Shown here piece after piece: positions 60,144 through 64,000 of a DNA stretch of 64,000 nucleotides. Positions within the stretch are counted from its first letter, which is position 1; each line of letters begins with the position of its first letter. A model generated the notes under the pieces. The model ran no database searches and was not told the DNA's origin. It was given only the letters and a program-made list of their open reading frames with translations. The stretch comes from Oikopleura dioica (taxonomy: Eukaryota; Animalia; Chordata): assembly GCA_907165135.1 (NCBI GenBank), contig OU015567.1, positions 4,588,001 to 4,652,000 on the forward strand, in the 5' to 3' direction. A program made the position numbers and the translations under genes.

Positions 60144-60868
60144 ACTCTCTACGTCAGTATCAAAATCATATCTACTTCTATGCGCATTCGCTTCGGGGCT
60201 AAAAGAAATCGCGCTTCCGCCTGCCCAGTGATCCTCGCTAATGGAAGTTGTTTATGCTTCATTTGGAAAGTGAAATAACAGTTCGAAATCGGATCACCAT
60301 TTTCGTCACTTGCGAAAGAACAGATTTTTTTCAATGAAGGAATAAATATGCCTGGAGAATCCTCTCATTGTCACATATAAAGACAAATTGACATTATGGT
60401 TGTTTTTGCACCCGAATGATTTTTATTGTAAAGTGCTTTTTTTATTCGATGGCTTGATTCTCTTTCATGTTGTCAATAATAAAGGCCTTAGTGTGACAGT
60501 TTTGAAAATATATTTTTCTCACGTGATTGTTGACAACTTGCGCTTTCATCAGTTTTCTGGTCGGTGCAATTATTTTCAGGTACCATCATTAATATTTTGA
60601 ATTTATATGTTTGTCTCGTGACGCTCTTGCGCCATCCCATGTTCGCATATATAAAGCCAGCCCGTCGAGGAAAGTCCCACGAACTTCTCTTGAGTCTAAA
60701 AGACGATTCTCGACACGAATTATCGAAAACAACGTGAGCTCGACGTGGAACGGTCAGCTCCGCTATTCGATTTCAAGTCATCGGACGCGGGGATTAAAAG
60801 CGACTGTAACTTAAACTTTGCCGGTAGTCGAGTATTCATCTAAGTGGCGTGAAAAAAAATCGAAGCAA

Positions 60869-61445
60869 ATGAAGATGATTGGACTCATAATACACTCAGT
60901 AGTATTATTACACTCAGTTACAGGCAGATTCATTACGGCCCAGAGAAGGATGTTTAATGATCATCACAAGGTAAGATCGACAATAATTTCTTGCAACGAT
61001 TTCATCATTTGTCCTTTCATAACTCAATAAAACCTTATTCTAGAGAGGAAATGTCAGACAAGCAATCTACACAAATTTCCATACAAACAACCTTCGCTCT
61101 CCCCAAACCACGCCCCAATTTGTCCATTCAAAATGCCCAGAAATCATCCTTCACTCTTATCAACAGTACCTGCCGCTTTTTCCCGAATGTTCTGAAGAAG
61201 CACTTCAAATCGAAAAAGCGAGAAATGCCGTTTCTCATCTTCGATCAAGCTCGAAAAGCCAGACTCGGAAGAAACTTGTGAACGGCTGCTTGGATCTTTC
61301 AAAAAGCCGTTTTGTCAAAAATGAGGACAAGAGAAGCTGGAAGAACTACTGTTTGAGCTTTGTGGAAAATATTCAAAAAGAGCGAGATCCTTATAGGAAA
61401 ACAAATGATGTTTCAAATGTTTATCGCCGCTATATTACTAATTAA
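60869..61445 (+). CDS. Duplicate small secreted orphan gene
   Basis: Same as 18759-19335 at offset 42110. Confidence 0.55.
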
Positions 61446-61562
61446 TCTTTTTCGATATTTCTGCTTATTTCTGTATTCTAGTAAATAAACCATTTTTCAG
61501 TAAGCTTCTGAGTAAATCCCCTCTGGTGTTTCGATGTTTATTTTTCGCAGAACGATGTAATT

Positions 61563-64000
61563 ATGAGAGTTGTAGCGATTTTTTCGGTCAATATCAGTAA
61601 TATGCAGCCAAGAGAATTGAGTAGAGAAAAAATAGAGGAATGGCTTCTCAAATTTTTGCCAAAACTCAAACGAACCACCACTAGAACAGCAAAATGTCAA
61701 TTGATTGCTTCTGTTGAAAGAACCGAATTTGCTGAAGATGGACACTCATATAAATGGGATACTTTGGCTTTCAACGGAGATTACGTTTGTGTTGGGGAAA
61801 AGGGTCTCAAAACTCTTCATTATGCGCATCCATCTCCCTTACAGAAAGAAATAAGAAAAAACAATCCGAATTTTTACAGAAAAAATATCAGTCGCTGGGA
61901 TATTCTCGAAGAAAATGGTTGTTGGGTGGTCGACCGCTCGATGAAAAATGATTTTTTATCAGAAGGTGGCGAGGCATTGGTAATTACAGCAAAATTTGGA
62001 GACCTCGAGACGGCAGTTAGAGTTCAAGCATTTGATCCTTTCGTTTTCACTGATAAATTTCCTTACACGGAAATCGAGTTTGAAATTCATCTTGCCTCTG
62101 GTAAATTGGGATGAAAAAATTACAAAGACAATTATGAATTTAAGATTTCAGAAACAACCAAGAAGATGTTCGATTACATGAATTTCCTTCACATACCAAT
62201 ATTATTAAAAATTATGTGAACATTGAACTGTTTCATCCATTGGACGTCGAGCGCTTGGATTGTCTTGGATGGATTACAATTATGGAAAAAGGAGAGACTA
62301 ATTTACGGAAACTTCTGAAGGACGGTAATTTATCGATTGAAAAGAGACGCGAAATTGCACAAGGAGTAAGATCAGCGATGGACTATTTGTACGTCAATGG
62401 CACCGATCACCTCGACCTTAAAATGCAAAATGTTGTTATGGTTAATGGGATACCCAAACTTGTTGATTTCGGGCTGGTGGAAAGTCGCCACAAAAAAATT
62501 GGTTATCGCAAGATGGGCTGCACTCGGCGTAGATCAAAATACAGATTTTCCCCCTCTATTTGTAATCATTTGCAATTTTGACAAATATGATCGTTTTTTA
62601 GTCGCTGGGACTCCCGGATTTTCATCTCAATGTCAGCTTACGAGTGGAAAAGGTTTCAATTTGGGAACAAATATATTTAGGGTTTTTCACGGAACGGCGC
62701 GGCCCGCTCTGAGGTCCATCCACGAATATTAAAAGTCTTCTATTGAAGCGAAATTTATAATTCAAAAAATGAAACCGACTAATTCAAGGGAATAGATTCA
62801 TAATATCGCATTAGTTTTCCATTCGAATGCCAGAATTCGCTGTGAGACGGTTTTTCTTACTAAATTTCGATTTTTCAATCTGAGTACATCAAAATACACT
62901 CTCTATTTTCAAATATGTAAGATATAAGATGTTTAATTTTTAGCTCACAAAATTTGGGATTTCGGAAACATTCGGAAGGTGTTCAAATCGTCAGATAAGT
63001 GAGTGAAAGTGACTGCGCGCTAGTGCTTTACGCCGCTGCGCGGGACGCCCAAAAAACATTAGCGCGCGCCATAATCCCAGCGGGTGGTTTCTCTGACCTA
63101 ATATCCGAAATCTGATGCGAATTACACCGGGTGATTTGCATAAACAATTTCCCGGAAGTGTCAAGCTTAGTATTTGAGATGAATTAGACGGCTTTATATC
63201 ACTCGGGACAACAAAACTGATGAGATCCTTTTTTATCTTCCTTATCATTATTGCACCACCACCAGGTCAGAATTTGATAATTATTTTCACATATTTGAAA
63301 TCAGCGGCTCAAGTAACACTTATTTAGAAATTTTAAGGCCCATTGAATGATATACCACTTTCCGTGAAAAACCCTAAATATATTTATTCATATTTTTTGC
63401 GAGTGGAATACTGGGTGGACGCTTCTTTATAAACCTCTTGACAAGGAAGAAAAAAGAGAAATAAATAAACTCATCTCGGTAATATCCAGTATGCAACCTA
63501 TAATTATGATTATTAAAAGGAATGCAAGGGAACTCCTATCAGAGTTTTTGAGTACAATCGGGACAGCTTCTTCGAAGACACTCCGCTTTTATCTTTGGAA
63601 AACTCGAGCGATCAATTCGCCCTCAATGACGAAGTAATGACCCAGTCTTATCAAATATCTACTTTGAAGCAGAATTTAACCAAATTCGTCAAACAGAATG
63701 TCCAAAATTTGAGCAAAAATGTTCGGGACCAAAAGCTAAGCAATCTCTGCGTTTCGTTCTCTGTCACCAATCTTATTCGATATGCGATGAAAAATGATCT
63801 AGGCTTCTTCGATCTCAATCAATCGCACAAATTTGAAAATATCATGTCTTCTCTTAACTTGGTTATCTATCCAAGAAGTATGGCTGGATTGAATTTGAAT
63901 CCGAGTCAACGGGAGCTAGGAGACCAACTGTCAGATATTGAAGTTATTCTTAAACGTGTCTGCATGGGAACTTATCTGATGCCGAGCGGTTGGCATATTA
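61563..64000 (+). pseudogene. Duplicate kinase/papain-like fusion gene, cut by the window end, with the same hAT MITE
   Basis: ORF 61563-62114 is open from the ATG here; reads ...LDKEEKREINKLIS| in frame at about 63440-63478. Confidence 0.65.
62678..63376. mobile_element. Duplicate of the hAT-type MITE
   Basis: Same TIRs and AATATATT TSD (62670-62677, 63377-63384). Confidence 0.85.

Larger units (their letters stand above)
50530..64000 (+). repeat. Near-identical second copy of 8397-21892 (probable false duplication)
   Basis: The offset drifts from 42133 to 42109. Matching ORFs are identical in the ORF track (e.g. 16048/58160, 20107/62216), and spot-checked differences are homopolymer lengths. 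Confidence 0.95.

Noticed and set aside
50530-64000. Recent segmental duplication as a biological gene-dosage event
   Set aside because: An ONT adapter at the junction, a fixed 500-N spacer and homopolymer-only differences favour an assembly artefact.

Overview
Gene-dense, AT-rich eukaryotic DNA with very short introns (about 40-75 nt), several GA-AG/GC-AG splice donors and many small hairpin transposons (MITEs). This pattern suggests the larvacean tunicate Oikopleura dioica, which is an inference not confirmed by any search. Bases 1-50,000 hold about 15 protein-coding genes: a nexilin-like protein, a two-pore K+ channel with a very large extracellular insert, a bacterial-looking sulfatase, a scramblase-like protein, a membrane-anchored RNase T2 pseudoenzyme, a kinase/papain-like protease fusion interrupted by a hAT-type MITE, a Cys-rich/CCP/EGF matrix protein, a small cationic secreted peptide, a 2OG-Fe(II) oxygenase, a CAP-TSP1-LRR protein and a multi-domain trypsin. 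After a 500-N gap the sequence restarts with an untrimmed Oxford Nanopore adapter. It then repeats 8,397-21,892 almost exactly (50,530-64,000), and the differences I spot-checked are homopolymer lengths, so this second copy is most likely an assembly artefact. All gene models come from manual translation and splice-site reading; no alignment or database search was run.
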